Shown here: positions 11,496 to 23,300 of the stretch, piece after piece
How the letters are laid out: the number at the start of each line of letters is the position of its first letter
How positions within the stretch are numbered: position 1 is the first letter of the stretch
Source of the DNA: Zygnema circumcarinatum SAG 698-1b
Taxonomy: Eukaryota; Plantae; Zygnematophyceae
DNA: 64,000 bases
NCBI GenBank assembly: GCA_037447605.1
Contig: CM074806.1
Location: 4,464,001-4,528,000 of the forward strand
Direction: 5' to 3'
The notes under the pieces: generated by a model
What the model was told of the DNA's origin: nothing
The model's database searches: none
The model's input: only the letters and a program-made list of their open reading frames with translations
Translations under genes and position numbers: made by a program

Positions 11496-13486
11496 ATGAG
11501 TGTCAAAGATATAATCAATATTGTGAGATATCAAAATGTTCATGGGAGAGGGGCGTTCATACAGTTGGAGGGCCTCGATCGGAGCGGCAAAAGCACTCAG
11601 TGTGAGCTAGTGATTTTTTTGAGGGAGAAGCGGATGAAGGCGAACTTGGCAGCAGATTTCGGCGTACTTAAAGAATGCGAAGGAAATTGATAACGAGGAG
11701 GTGCATCGCCTCTTCACGAAAATTTGAGAGGAGAAGAAGTGAGTACATGGGCCGTTAATGACGACCAAAGTTTCTTTTATATACTTTCTTATTTTTCAGT
11801 TTTATTTTTTATGGTGGGTAAATGACGGTGGCGGATTCGGCTTAGGTTTTGGCTGCAGAAAGGATATCTTGCGGCAGCTCGCGGAGAACGTGACGCTTGT
11901 GGTGGACCGCTCCGGAGTCGCTTTCTCTGTGGCCAAAGGACTCGATGTGGAGTGGTGCAAGGTGAGAGGAGGAAGGAGAGGGAGGGAGGAGAGAGTGGGA
12001 GAGAGAGGGGAGGGAGAGTGGCAGGAGGGAGGGACAAGGGAGTGGGAGAGTGGGGGGGCGGAGGGAAGGAGCGAAGGAGAAAAGGAGGGAGGCGGGAAAG
12101 GACTAGGAAGAGGGGGGCCAGGTAGGGAAAGAGTGAGAAGGTGGGGGGGGATGCCAGCGAGAGAGGAATGAGAGGGGAGGGGGAATGTGGGATGAAGGAA
12201 GTGAGGGGGAGGTTGGGTGGGAAGGAGGGAGGGAGGGAGGCGGGGAATGGAGAGGGAGGGAAGGGGGAATGGAGAAGGAGAGAGAGCGGAGGAGGGGCTG
12301 GAGGGATGGGGGAAAGCAAGAGGGAGAGGGGGAGCAGAGAGGGAAGGAGAGAGCGAAGGCGAGGAAAACGAGAGAGAAAGGGGAGGGAGGGAAGGGGAGA
12401 GGTAGGGATGGGGAAGAGAGGATGAAGGAAGTGGGGAAGAGAGTGTGGGAAGGTAAGAGGGAGCGAGTTGGGCTGATGTGGAGGGGAGGAAGGGGGAGAG
12501 AGGGGGAAAGGAGGGAGGGGGAGGGAGAACTGGGCGACGGGAGGGCGGGAGGAAGGGGGAAGGGAGGCGAGAGGACTAGAGGAAGGATGGGCGAAGGGGA
12601 GGGAGGAGGGATTGAGGGAGGAAGCGAGGGGGGGCGAGGGTGAAGAATATGGGAGAGGATCCTAGGGGAGGTGGCAATGGCGGGACTGAGGAGGTCGGCT
12701 GAAAGAGAGGCGGACGGGGAGAGAGGCAGACAGAGAGGACGGTTAGTTGGTGAGGGTAGGCTAGGACATCTTCCCTTTTGGAGAGTGGGCTTTGGATTCG
12801 ACGACTTCTAATCTTGTTGGGGCCTTTGCAGGAGCTTGAAATGGAGCTGCCGGCGACAGATGTCATTTTTTACCTTGAAATGCCTGTGGAGGTGGGGCCT
12901 GATCTGACTGCTCGGCAGCGGGAGGGGGGGTGAGGGGAAGAAAGTGAGGTAGAAGGGAGCAAGCGTGGGAGGAAGAAGGGGGGGAAGAGACGTGGGAGAC
13001 GGGGGGAGAGGGGGCGGGGAATGAAGAGAGAGAGGGAGAGAGGGAGAGAGAGAGGGAGGGGGAGAGAGTTGGTTTGCGAATTTTATTGTCTCATTACACT
13101 GTTGTTTCTGTTCTTGACAGCTTGCTGCCACTCGTGGAGGGTATGGAGAGGAGCGGTATGAGAAGGTGGAATTTCAGAAGGCTGTGGCGTTGCAATTTCA
13201 GAAACTGAAAGATGAAACGTGACAGGTAATGTGCGGCTCAAGAAATGAAGTAGCGCGTGACTGGCTTTTTACTTGTAATTTTGTATTTCCCCTTTTGATG
13301 AGTAATCTTTTATAATCGGTCCATTTTCCTATGCAGACGGTTGATGCCAGTCGGTCTATCGACGAGGTCTTCAAGAAACTCAAAGAAGCTGCAATGGCTA
13401 TCATTGAGGACTGCGCCTGCAGTGAAATTCGTCAAATGTGGTCAAATTCCACTATTAATTCGGATGAATACTGTCCGAGGGACTAA
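11496..13486 (+). pseudogene. Thymidylate kinase (dTMP kinase) gene with several disabling lesions
   Basis: Exons 11496-11738, 11859-11961, 12832-12891, 13121-13225, 13337-13486. P-loop LEGLDRSGKSTQC and GGYGEERYEKVEFQK are present. The RFPDR segment is missing with a frameshift near 11648, there is an in-frame TGA at 11725-11727, DRY-x-x-SG is shortened to DRSG at 11905-11916, and TGA replaces the usual Trp codon at 13220-13222. Confidence 0.78.
11962..12760 (+). repeat. Purine-rich (G/A) low-complexity tract filling intron 2 of the thymidylate kinase gene
   Basis: About 800 bp almost entirely G and A (GGA, GGGA, GAGA). It produces several spurious G/E/R-rich and P/S/L-rich ORFs. Confidence 0.85.
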
Positions 13487-14273
13487 GCGGAATATTCCAC
13501 TTTTTTTTTTGTAAATTCTGATCCTTTTAAATGATTGAAATAGAGAGCGGGAACAGTGTCTATGTGAATGAGGTGGTTGCCCCTCTCGCGACATTTCAAA
13601 TAAAAGAAAATTAATTGTGTGACCAAATGACAATTGCATTTGTCGCATTTCCGTTTGCGAAATTCCATGTTTTGGTGATTTCAAACAGTTTAAGGCGAGA
13701 GGGCTACTGCATACTGATTCTTTCCTGAGCAACTTTGATGTATGCAGAGAGAAAGGGAGATATTCCCCTAACAATCCAGACTCAGCGGGGTGTGAAGTTT
13801 AAGGTTTTTCCAGGTTTGTGTGTGAAACTATTTCCAGTCTGATACCCACGCCTGGAAGCCCCGAAGCGTAGGAATGCATGTTCCATGAACGGATTCACAT
13901 GCAATTTCAAACTTCCAGTTTTCCTTGCTTGAGAAAGCAAGGGATTTGAGGGTCGAATATATGATATCTTGTTATATCATATGTATCTGTATGTATGAAC
14001 AGATATGAAGATATGTATCTGTAGCACACCACATGACATGAGAGGAGGTGCCGAAGTGCGTGGTCCAAGCTTCCAGTTGGGTGCTCTGTTATTCCATGTC
14101 ATGAGCCAAGAATACATTTGGCTCCGTACATGTACAGTGCTGAGCATGCCGCCCCTCCAACGACATTATCTTAAGGCGCGACTGCTCAATAATGAACCGC
14201 ACAATTGCAAGCCCCCCAATCGTGATTACCATTCCTGTAAAGCACAGGACAGGACACGGAACAGAATATGAGA

Positions 14274-14991
<718 letters not shown>

Positions 14992-15975
14992 ATATGCAGA
15001 GTACTTCTAGAAATATTTCTATATTTCACTTTCTCATTTCTATGCATCCTCTACATTCTTCTTTTCTATACATTGACTATGATCAAGACTGAAATCCCCT
15101 TCTATCCCACATTTAATATTTTAGGAATAATAGCCTCATTCTATATTCTCTCCCTCCCTCTCCACTCACAACCACACCCACTCTCTGACTCTATTACCCA
15201 ACGAGGCTCACCTCACACAAAACTCCACGGAATTTCCTTCTCCCTCTCCTTTCCTCCCCGCTTCTTGCACCGGGCACTTCAACTTCTGCTCCATATCTCC
15301 AAAACTGCCGGTGATGGAAACGATCCATGCAAGGAGGGAACCAAAGGCAAGACCCTTTGGACTTCCCCTGAAGGCTGGCAACTAATGAACGAATGTGTTT
15401 GAAGGAAGCTATTGGACGACATTGCTTTACCCACGAAAATTCCTTTCTTTCTACAACAAAAGGAGGCCCAGGTAGGGAACCACTACTAAGCAACACCTAC
15501 TCCAAGTTCACTTCAATAAAAACCGGAAAAAAAAAAAAGGGTGAACATCAGTTCTTCAGTTCATCAGTTCAGAAGAACTTCGAGCCCTCGAATCCTCAAA
15601 TTTCAGCTCAATGTTTATTCGTCAAATTAAAACACGCCCCGCAGCAGTTAACGACCTGCAGTCACTCACGCACGCGCATACATCGACAAATGAGAACAGA
15701 ATCTATTACTTCCGAGGCAACAAAAAAGAACTACCCCTACTCCAGCCTTTTTACCACTAAAGAAGAAGCAACTACAGAAAATTGACATGCAAGCAAACAC
15801 ACTAACAATACATCGTGCCCTTGTAAGACAGAGTTATAAACGGCATCCCAACTGAAGCTAGAATATGTAGGAACAGTAAGGAAAAGCCCCAGCAGCCGCG
15901 ACAATAATTCATCTGAACAGAATGATAATATATAGTTGGCAGGTCCTTGGAGGGCTCAGACAACCTGCGCCGCCA

Positions 15976-18900
15976 CTATTCAGTGTAGACAAACTGCCGC
16001 TTCCAGATGTGGTCGCGGCGCTTGTTCCAAATCTTTGGCAAGTATAGTTTGTCCGACTCTGTGCGGTTAGGCTTCATTACCTGTGGATGCGAAAACAAAG
16101 CAAAAACAAGAAGGGGAAAGAAAAATTGAATGATAACAAATGGATAAATTTCATCGGGGGAAATCACAAGAAGGCAAATCAGAAAAAACACGACAGGAGC
16201 ATCAGCAGAAACAACAGCTTTCTTGACTCCGGCACTTCACGCTTTTGCTAACAGTTGGAATATGGTCAGCAGTTCAGACAATCAACAGCAGACTGCCAGG
16301 TTCTGAAGAAAGTAGACAAAATTACTCAGTAAAATCAATCTCCAGTCACTGTAACAAGATGCAGGGTGTGAAAAGTAGTCTGGCAAGCATCCTCATCAGA
16401 GTCCTGGACATACTATGGAGAACTTTTCACGGAGGATTCAACGGACCCAACACGAACGAATTCTGAAACCACAGTCCATGGTCGATTTGAAAGGCAGAAG
16501 CTTACCAATTTGCAGTATTCAAACAAGCCGAAAAAAGCTGCTGACATAAGAGATACATGAAATACTCGTGGCCCCTGTATAAGCAACCACAACCAGATAA
16601 GATATTAGATCTTCCAAAGTGCCTCGAGAGGCTACAACATTTAAGAAGAAAATTCCGGCCAAAGCTCTTACGACCAATAGTTGTCAGTTCAGTTTTCTCG
16701 ACAAGCCTCTCTTGGGAAAGATGACGAATCCCTCATGAAGCTAGGCTCACAGTCTCCTCTGTATTAAGACCGTTAAGGCACCATACGGTTGTCTGCCGTT
16801 GCTCTGAAATAGCATTCAATAACGGCACCACACAATACACACATGCCCAACAAGAAAAATGTAGCCATGCCTGTAGAGAAAAGCCGTTGCCACGACACCA
16901 CATTACAGAAGCATAACTTCAAAAACCCTGAAGAAACTTGGAAAGCGCACGTACCAGCCCAGCTAAGAGCCCAGCATAGCCACTTTCCGCATGAACTTGC
17001 ATAATAATGGAATGAATGGCCAATCCTGCCCCGCACTGCTGCCGAGTTTTCACCAGATCCAACTGCACATGCCATAGAATAAACAAAAGTAACATATGAA
17101 CATTATCGCTTATAATACTATACACCGCTAAATCAGTGCAACATTACGCCAGAATAAAACATTACTATAACGTCGGTAATTTCCCAATGCATCATAGCGC
17201 CTTTCTACAATGAGAATAAAAACACAAGTGGTTGGGAAGTAGCTCACTGCAACCAGTCTCCTGGCCCCAAATCAGGCGCTCTAACCTCTTCCCTCCTCTT
17301 TTCTCTCCACCTGAATTACTTACCGGCATTGTGCATGTAGCAGCCACAGCTCCTGCCAAGGCCCCCAAGGCTAAGTGCTCCGGTGTACTGCCCTCCAGCG
17401 CAAAAGCCCCCACCCCCCTCAATTGTACAATGCTGAGGCCACAAAGAGAGGGTTACAAGATCCTACCTTCCAGCCCTTTTCCCTCATTCAAAACAGGTTC
17501 TCGAACACAGAATACCCCAACATTTCAGATAAAAAAATGCATGAGGGGAACAAGCAAACGTAAATACTGTCTGAGATTAAGAAATTGATTGAGGACATAA
17601 CCAGAAGGATTGACTTACGAAAGCTTTTCTACATTCCTCCGCGTTTGGACGAGTTCTCGGGCCTTCTCATAAATCGCAAACTGCATTTATACCCTCCATA
17701 ATCCTCCCGGAATTAATGTACCAACTTGAAGAAGAAAGAATTCACACAGCATGCTGAAAAAAAAGACAAAGAACGATCTGTGCCCTTTACTTACATCAAC
17801 CTCTCATTATCAGCGAGCTGAGACAGTATATTGGAAAAGTGAACATAAACGTGTAGTAAAGTACTAGCTCAAACTTGAATCCACTTTAAATTCGAGAAAA
17901 ACGCCCTACAGAAACCACCTGATCCGCACACAATACAACAAGGGCTTTCGTCCTGACCTGAATAGCAATTTCTGGCACATCTCGCATCAAAGTCGGCCAA
18001 AATCCCTTGTACAGTCCACCAAGTCCGTCCCTCATAATGATTACTTTGAACGCCTCAAACACTGCAACAAAAAGCCTCCCAAAATACAGATCAGTTCCCC
18101 GACAATAGAGCTGAGGACCCTACAAGCCCTCAAGTGTGACGGTATGGCTTACGGCTGTTCGACCAACTTAACCACCTGTCATTATTGCTACAGAAGTACA
18201 AAGCTGCGACTCATCCAAAAATCCCCAGGCCCAAATTGACATGGAGAATGATCTAAGAAATCACCGCTGATAACAACAGGACTTCTACTTGCATGAAGAC
18301 TGGAAAAGGGCATAAAGAAGGTATGCTCAGAATCAAACTTGCAAACTGTAGTTGCATTCGCCAAGAGCCAATTTCTTAAATACTTCGTAGCTAAGTTGAG
18401 AAGGATATACTCATGGATGCGTCTTTTTTATGTTCTATTTTGCACTGACGGGGATACCACCTTTTTAGATGAAAACCACTTCAGATCCTGCCTGCTCAAC
18501 TGAAGTGTTCTCTACTATTCCAATTACGCTGATGTAATCTAAGCCCTTCTTTATATTAGAACTTCCTGAAATTATTGGTCCAGCGATTCAAAAGGAGAAT
18601 CACCATCTTCTGAAAGTATGCTCAGTCGCCTGAATCTTATTCTGCATTACAAACCGATTGTGCCTAGCTAAAATCGTTCAAAATAAAGTGACCTTAACTG
18701 CAGCTGGAACCTCTCCTTACCATTTGGATGCATATACGCTTGTACTCTGTGCTTCAGAGTGTCTGCCGGAACCTGCATAGCAATTACCTTCCTCAAGACC
18801 ATGAGTTAACTACTGAAAGGACGCAGGAATATACAATCAAAGAAGGAGCGAATGCATGTGCCCATGCACACATCAGCTGTCTACCACATGATGCCATGCT

Positions 18901-20268
18901 CATAAGCTATCCGACGCACATGACCTATATGCAGAGCATATGTAAGAATGTTTGACTAAACTTAAATGGCAGACAGCGTACACGGGTAGTGCAGTTTGCA
19001 TATGAATCACAAGCACATTCTCTGTTCACCTTCAAGTAACGGTACAGAGCAAAAAACAAAAGGTTTTGATTTTATGTCGAGATCTACAGACTAATTAAAG
19101 GGGTCTTGTATCCTGCCTCACCCGCACAATTGACGCTGCAATTGTGCCGAAAGATGCAGAAGCGACGTGGACTAATCCTGGCGGAAGGGATGTTTTCTCC
19201 AATCTCCGCTTTGATGCTGCAATATCAGCACAAGCCATAGTGACTCTCCTTGACAAAACGTCCTCTGACTCAATTAATCAGAATCATTTCAGGGGCAAAG
19301 GAAATTCCTGCATAAAGACCGTAATATTTTTTTATTTTGGGTTCACTCTCACATTCAAAGCAGCACCTCCTTTGCAAGATGACTCTTTAGCGGCAACAAA
19401 AGATTTAAACAAGGGCCTTCCGCACCCACATTCATAGGCGATAAAATACAAAGCGGCGTTGGGAATGGTGCCTAAAATGGCTCCCCAAACGCCTCGAAAT
19501 AGATCTCCAGGACCCTTAAAAAACCAGTTGTCAATGTCCAACGGTCCAATCATGAATGCTTTCTTTGATATTTTTTTCCTCCACTTTCGCAGTTTCTTAG
19601 GAGGATCTTGGATCTGCATTCTTGTCTTCACCGTATCTACAGGATGACATACGACCTGTGTGTGCACAAACACAACACAAAGTTCCATAAAGTTTATGAG
19701 GCAAGCATTTCGCTCCTAAACTCAATGAATCACCAGCAATATGACAACTTGAAAGCAAACATAAACTAGAATGGGTATATCCAGTTTGCTTGATCAGAGG
19801 CATGGACTTGAAACGAATTTGACACGAAAGCAGGAAGGACTCAAATCATTAATTTCAGAAAGATTTGATCCTACCTGTGATAGAGTCCTTGCTGCAGTGC
19901 CGGCATACACGTGATTAAGGGCTGTCATGGCTTCTTCGACACTAGCATCGTTAAAAAATGGCATACGGAGATTCCAACTTCGTTTCAGCGTTCGGACATC
20001 AAAGTCCTTCCACGGCAAGCGAAGAATGTTGAAGACTCCTTGCTCGCCGATGCTACGCGATCTTTCAACCACGGATGATAAACTGATAGATGCAAATCGA
20101 ATCTGTACATTTTGTGCTGCTTGATTCAGTGGTAAACTATCTCCGCGCGCAAGCTCATTCTCTCCGTCACTCCCAAGAGGGCGGACAGCAGCCACTCTAA
20201 ACCCAGCACCTTCAAAACTGTCTCTGTCCACAGCCATGGAAGTCACAGCCTCTGCTTTTTCCTTAACC
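15976..20268 (-). CDS. Mitochondrial carrier family (SLC25) protein, S-adenosylmethionine-carrier-like, with N-terminal extension
   Basis: Minus-strand exons 20268-19875, 19655-19430, 19216-19122, 18772-18721, 18061-17958, ~17682-17620, 17387-17324, 17062-16955, 16574-16506, 16080-15976. Three Px[DE]xxK carrier signatures: CHPVDTVKTRMQ, RVPADTLKHRVQ, TMPLDLVKTRQQ; also GLYKGFWPTLMRDVP. Start codon uncertain (candidate ATG at 20237). Substrate is inferred. Confidence 0.88.
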
Positions 20269-22151
20269 CTGCGAAAGGGAGAGAGGCTTCTGCCTGCAGT
20301 CACAAACAGATTGATTATTCACTGAGAAATACTTACACTTTGACTTGTTTGTAATCATTATGATCAAATGCCATTCACATAAACAAAAAGACCCTGATTA
20401 AAAGAACCGTGCTCGGCAAGCCTACAGAAAATTATACCAAATGAGAATTCGAAGAATGGTACAGAGCCAGCCTTACAACTTTGGCATCGCTAGGAATGAG
20501 CATAAGCTACAGCATGCACTTTCAATTAAGATAAACCATGATTCACCTACAACCTTACTAGTTGTTATTGCATTCTGCCAGCAAGCAAGTGCGAGTGAGC
20601 AAGTGAGCAAGTGTGCAAATTGATAGAAGTCTGCAAGTTTTTAGGGTTGCAAAAAGGTATGAAAGATCACCTCAAGCGACTGTACAACAAAAAAGTGGAA
20701 AAGCACTCCTCAAGCACAGTGATAAGGGTCAATAGCGACAGCGCCTTCACTACAGGGGCAACGCTGCAGGGAACCCTTCTTCCCCTCTCTAGCCTTCACG
20801 ACAGCACTGTAAAGCCTTGGGTTTCCAGACGGCTCAAAACCCTCCCTGCCTCCCTCCCTCCCTTACTCCCTGGTCTCCCTCTTCCAATATCCGTGTTCTC
20901 TGCAACGAATTCAGCCGCAGCCAATAGGTCCTATTTGCAAGTCTATACCCTCTGCGTTTCCACAGTTCCCAGCATACAACTGCAACCGAAATGCCTTCAC
21001 TTCAACTGCATATGACAGTTTGTTCGCGATTATTGCCTCCTGTGTTCCTCCTCTTGCTCGCTTGCACTTGCAGCAGGCTACCTCTTCCTTACCTCTCTCT
21101 CTCTCTCTCTTTTTCTCTCTCTCTCTCTCTCTCTCTCCCTCTTTCCCTCTACCTCTCCTCTCCAAGAGTGCAGGAAAAGGGAGGCGCTTGGAAGAAGCGG
21201 AGGCTTCAAGCAAGCGCGCAGGGAATCAACCAAAGGGAGCTCGGGCTGGAGCTGCAGGCGCGGCCAAAACATAGAACCGGTATTCCGGACGGGAGGGCGC
21301 CAGGCCAAACCCGCTCGTCCAAATTTCAAACCTGAGTTCATTGCGAATTGGACGGTCGGGTTTTTGTTTTTCTTTTTCGCGTACTGCCAGTCGGCGATAA
21401 AAGGCTCTGGGGAAAGATTTTTTCTTCTGTAAGAATATTCACAAAAGTGATCAATTGTATATAATTTGATACTTACAATATGGAGCTGTGTTGGAAGCGG
21501 GCAGAAAAAAATCATTTCTGGCAGTTTGTTTTGTTAGGAAAATAAAATTTATCAACCAACCTAAAGTCAGCTTCCGGAAAAATCATTTTTACGGTACCCA
21601 AAAACTGCCCAGAATTAAGCGCGATACTGTTTCCGGGTTGTGCCGTTGTACAAAAAGTTCTGGTTCGAGCGAATCGGAATATTCCGTTTACGCCACATCA
21701 GCAATAGAACATTCGAAGCCGACTTTTGGCCTTGCCTTTCAGGGCAGAAAACAAAACTTTTTGTCTGCCCGTTTTTTCTGAAACGTATGACGCGTCGGAA
21801 GCGCATTGGTCAAGAAGGCGCTTTGTATCTGCCCAATCCTCTAAAATTTGGTCTTGAGGGGAATATTGGGACATGGGACCCCATCTCGCGGTCAAGGGGT
21901 CATGGGACATGACTTAGTCACAAATGACCAAATAAACGGGGTCAAGAAACCAGACTACATTAGTTACGAGTCATGACCAAGTCATGTGAGTGAATGGCCG
22001 ATCTTGACCATTTTAGTTACAGAATTTGAGCCAGTTTTGCTCACTAAACTTTAACCAGTCGAGGGCTAGCCACCGTCTGACTGCAAGGGCTGCCTGCAAT
22101 TCTCATTTCTTTTCTTTTTTTTTTCGAAGGCATTTGAGAGAAGCGGGAGGA

Positions 22152-22184
<33 letters not shown>

Positions 22185-23300
22185 TGATGATGCGGGAGAG
22201 CATGATGGTCTGTGGAGGAGGGGCCATGGAGGTGAGGAGGAGGATGTGAAGCTGCTATGCGTGTGAGAGAGCGAGAGCGAGGGGGAGAGAGGGAGAGAGA
22301 GAGAGTGAGGGAGAAACGAAGGGGAAGGGGGAGGGGGAAGAGATAGGCAGGGGGAGAGTGAGATTGAGATAGAAGAGGGGAGCGATGGAAACAGTGAAGT
22401 GGAGGGAAAGCGAGGGAAGGGGGGAGAAGAGAGAGAGAGGGAGAGGGGGAGAGGATTCTGACACCCTCCATATGGTGGTGGTCGTGTAAAATCCGCAGCG
22501 AGGACATTTCAATGTTTCGACAATTGGCATTGTGTCTGCTTCTCAGAGATTCAGGTAAGGCTCGACAGAAACCGAGAGAGGGAGAGCGAGAGAGAGTGAG
22601 TGTGAGAGAGATAGAGGCCTAATAAAGTTTCGAATTGGAAAGCTTTTTGCCTTCACGGTCGGTTGCTTTCCCTTTCCCCTTTCTCTCCATACTTTTTCGT
22701 TCCCCACTCCCCTTTGGTTTCTCTTTCCTTCTCTCTCATTTCTTCCTTGTTGTCTTTTCTCTTTACCTTTTTTTTCCCGCTCTCTTCTCTTGTGTTGTCT
22801 GCAGTCCTCCTGTTGTAAACGCAGCTCACCGTCAACCCTCGAAACTGCAATTTTATGGGGCACCTTTAACTTTTCAAAGGTAGAAGTTTCCTCTTTCAGC
22901 CTTTCGCATGTGCTAGTGTTTTCATGAAGCGGGATTTGCTCACAACTTGTTCTTGCTTTTCAAAGACTTTATTTAACCGTAATTGTTTCTCAATTTTCTT
23001 TTTATTGTATTTGTGGAATGTTCTGCTGACGATATTCAAATGTTTATGGGGGAGATCATTTACCAGAACGTGGTATTTTGGTTTCAGAGTTGTGTGCTTG
23101 CTGTTTTTTCCAGCTCTGTCCTTCACTGCAGGCAAGCACGAGAAGATCTTGCAGATACTCACATCTCTTTGTTCCTCCTTCTTGTGGGTCTTTCCAAAAA
23201 TGCTGAAACCGACCGTCCTGCATCACTTCAGCTCTCATCACTTGAGCATATCCAAATTGTCCTCCAATAGGGCTGAACGAAGTTTTTCTTACCACAACAC

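Noticed and set aside
11789-12866. Overlapping G/E/R-rich and P/S/L-rich ORFs
   Set aside because: They lie in the purine-rich intron 2 of the thymidylate kinase gene.
13220-13222. TGA at a Trp position as a sign of codon reassignment, selenocysteine or RNA editing
   Set aside because: Neighbouring genes use TGG for Trp and TGA as stop, and the same gene has independent deletions, so decay is the simpler explanation.
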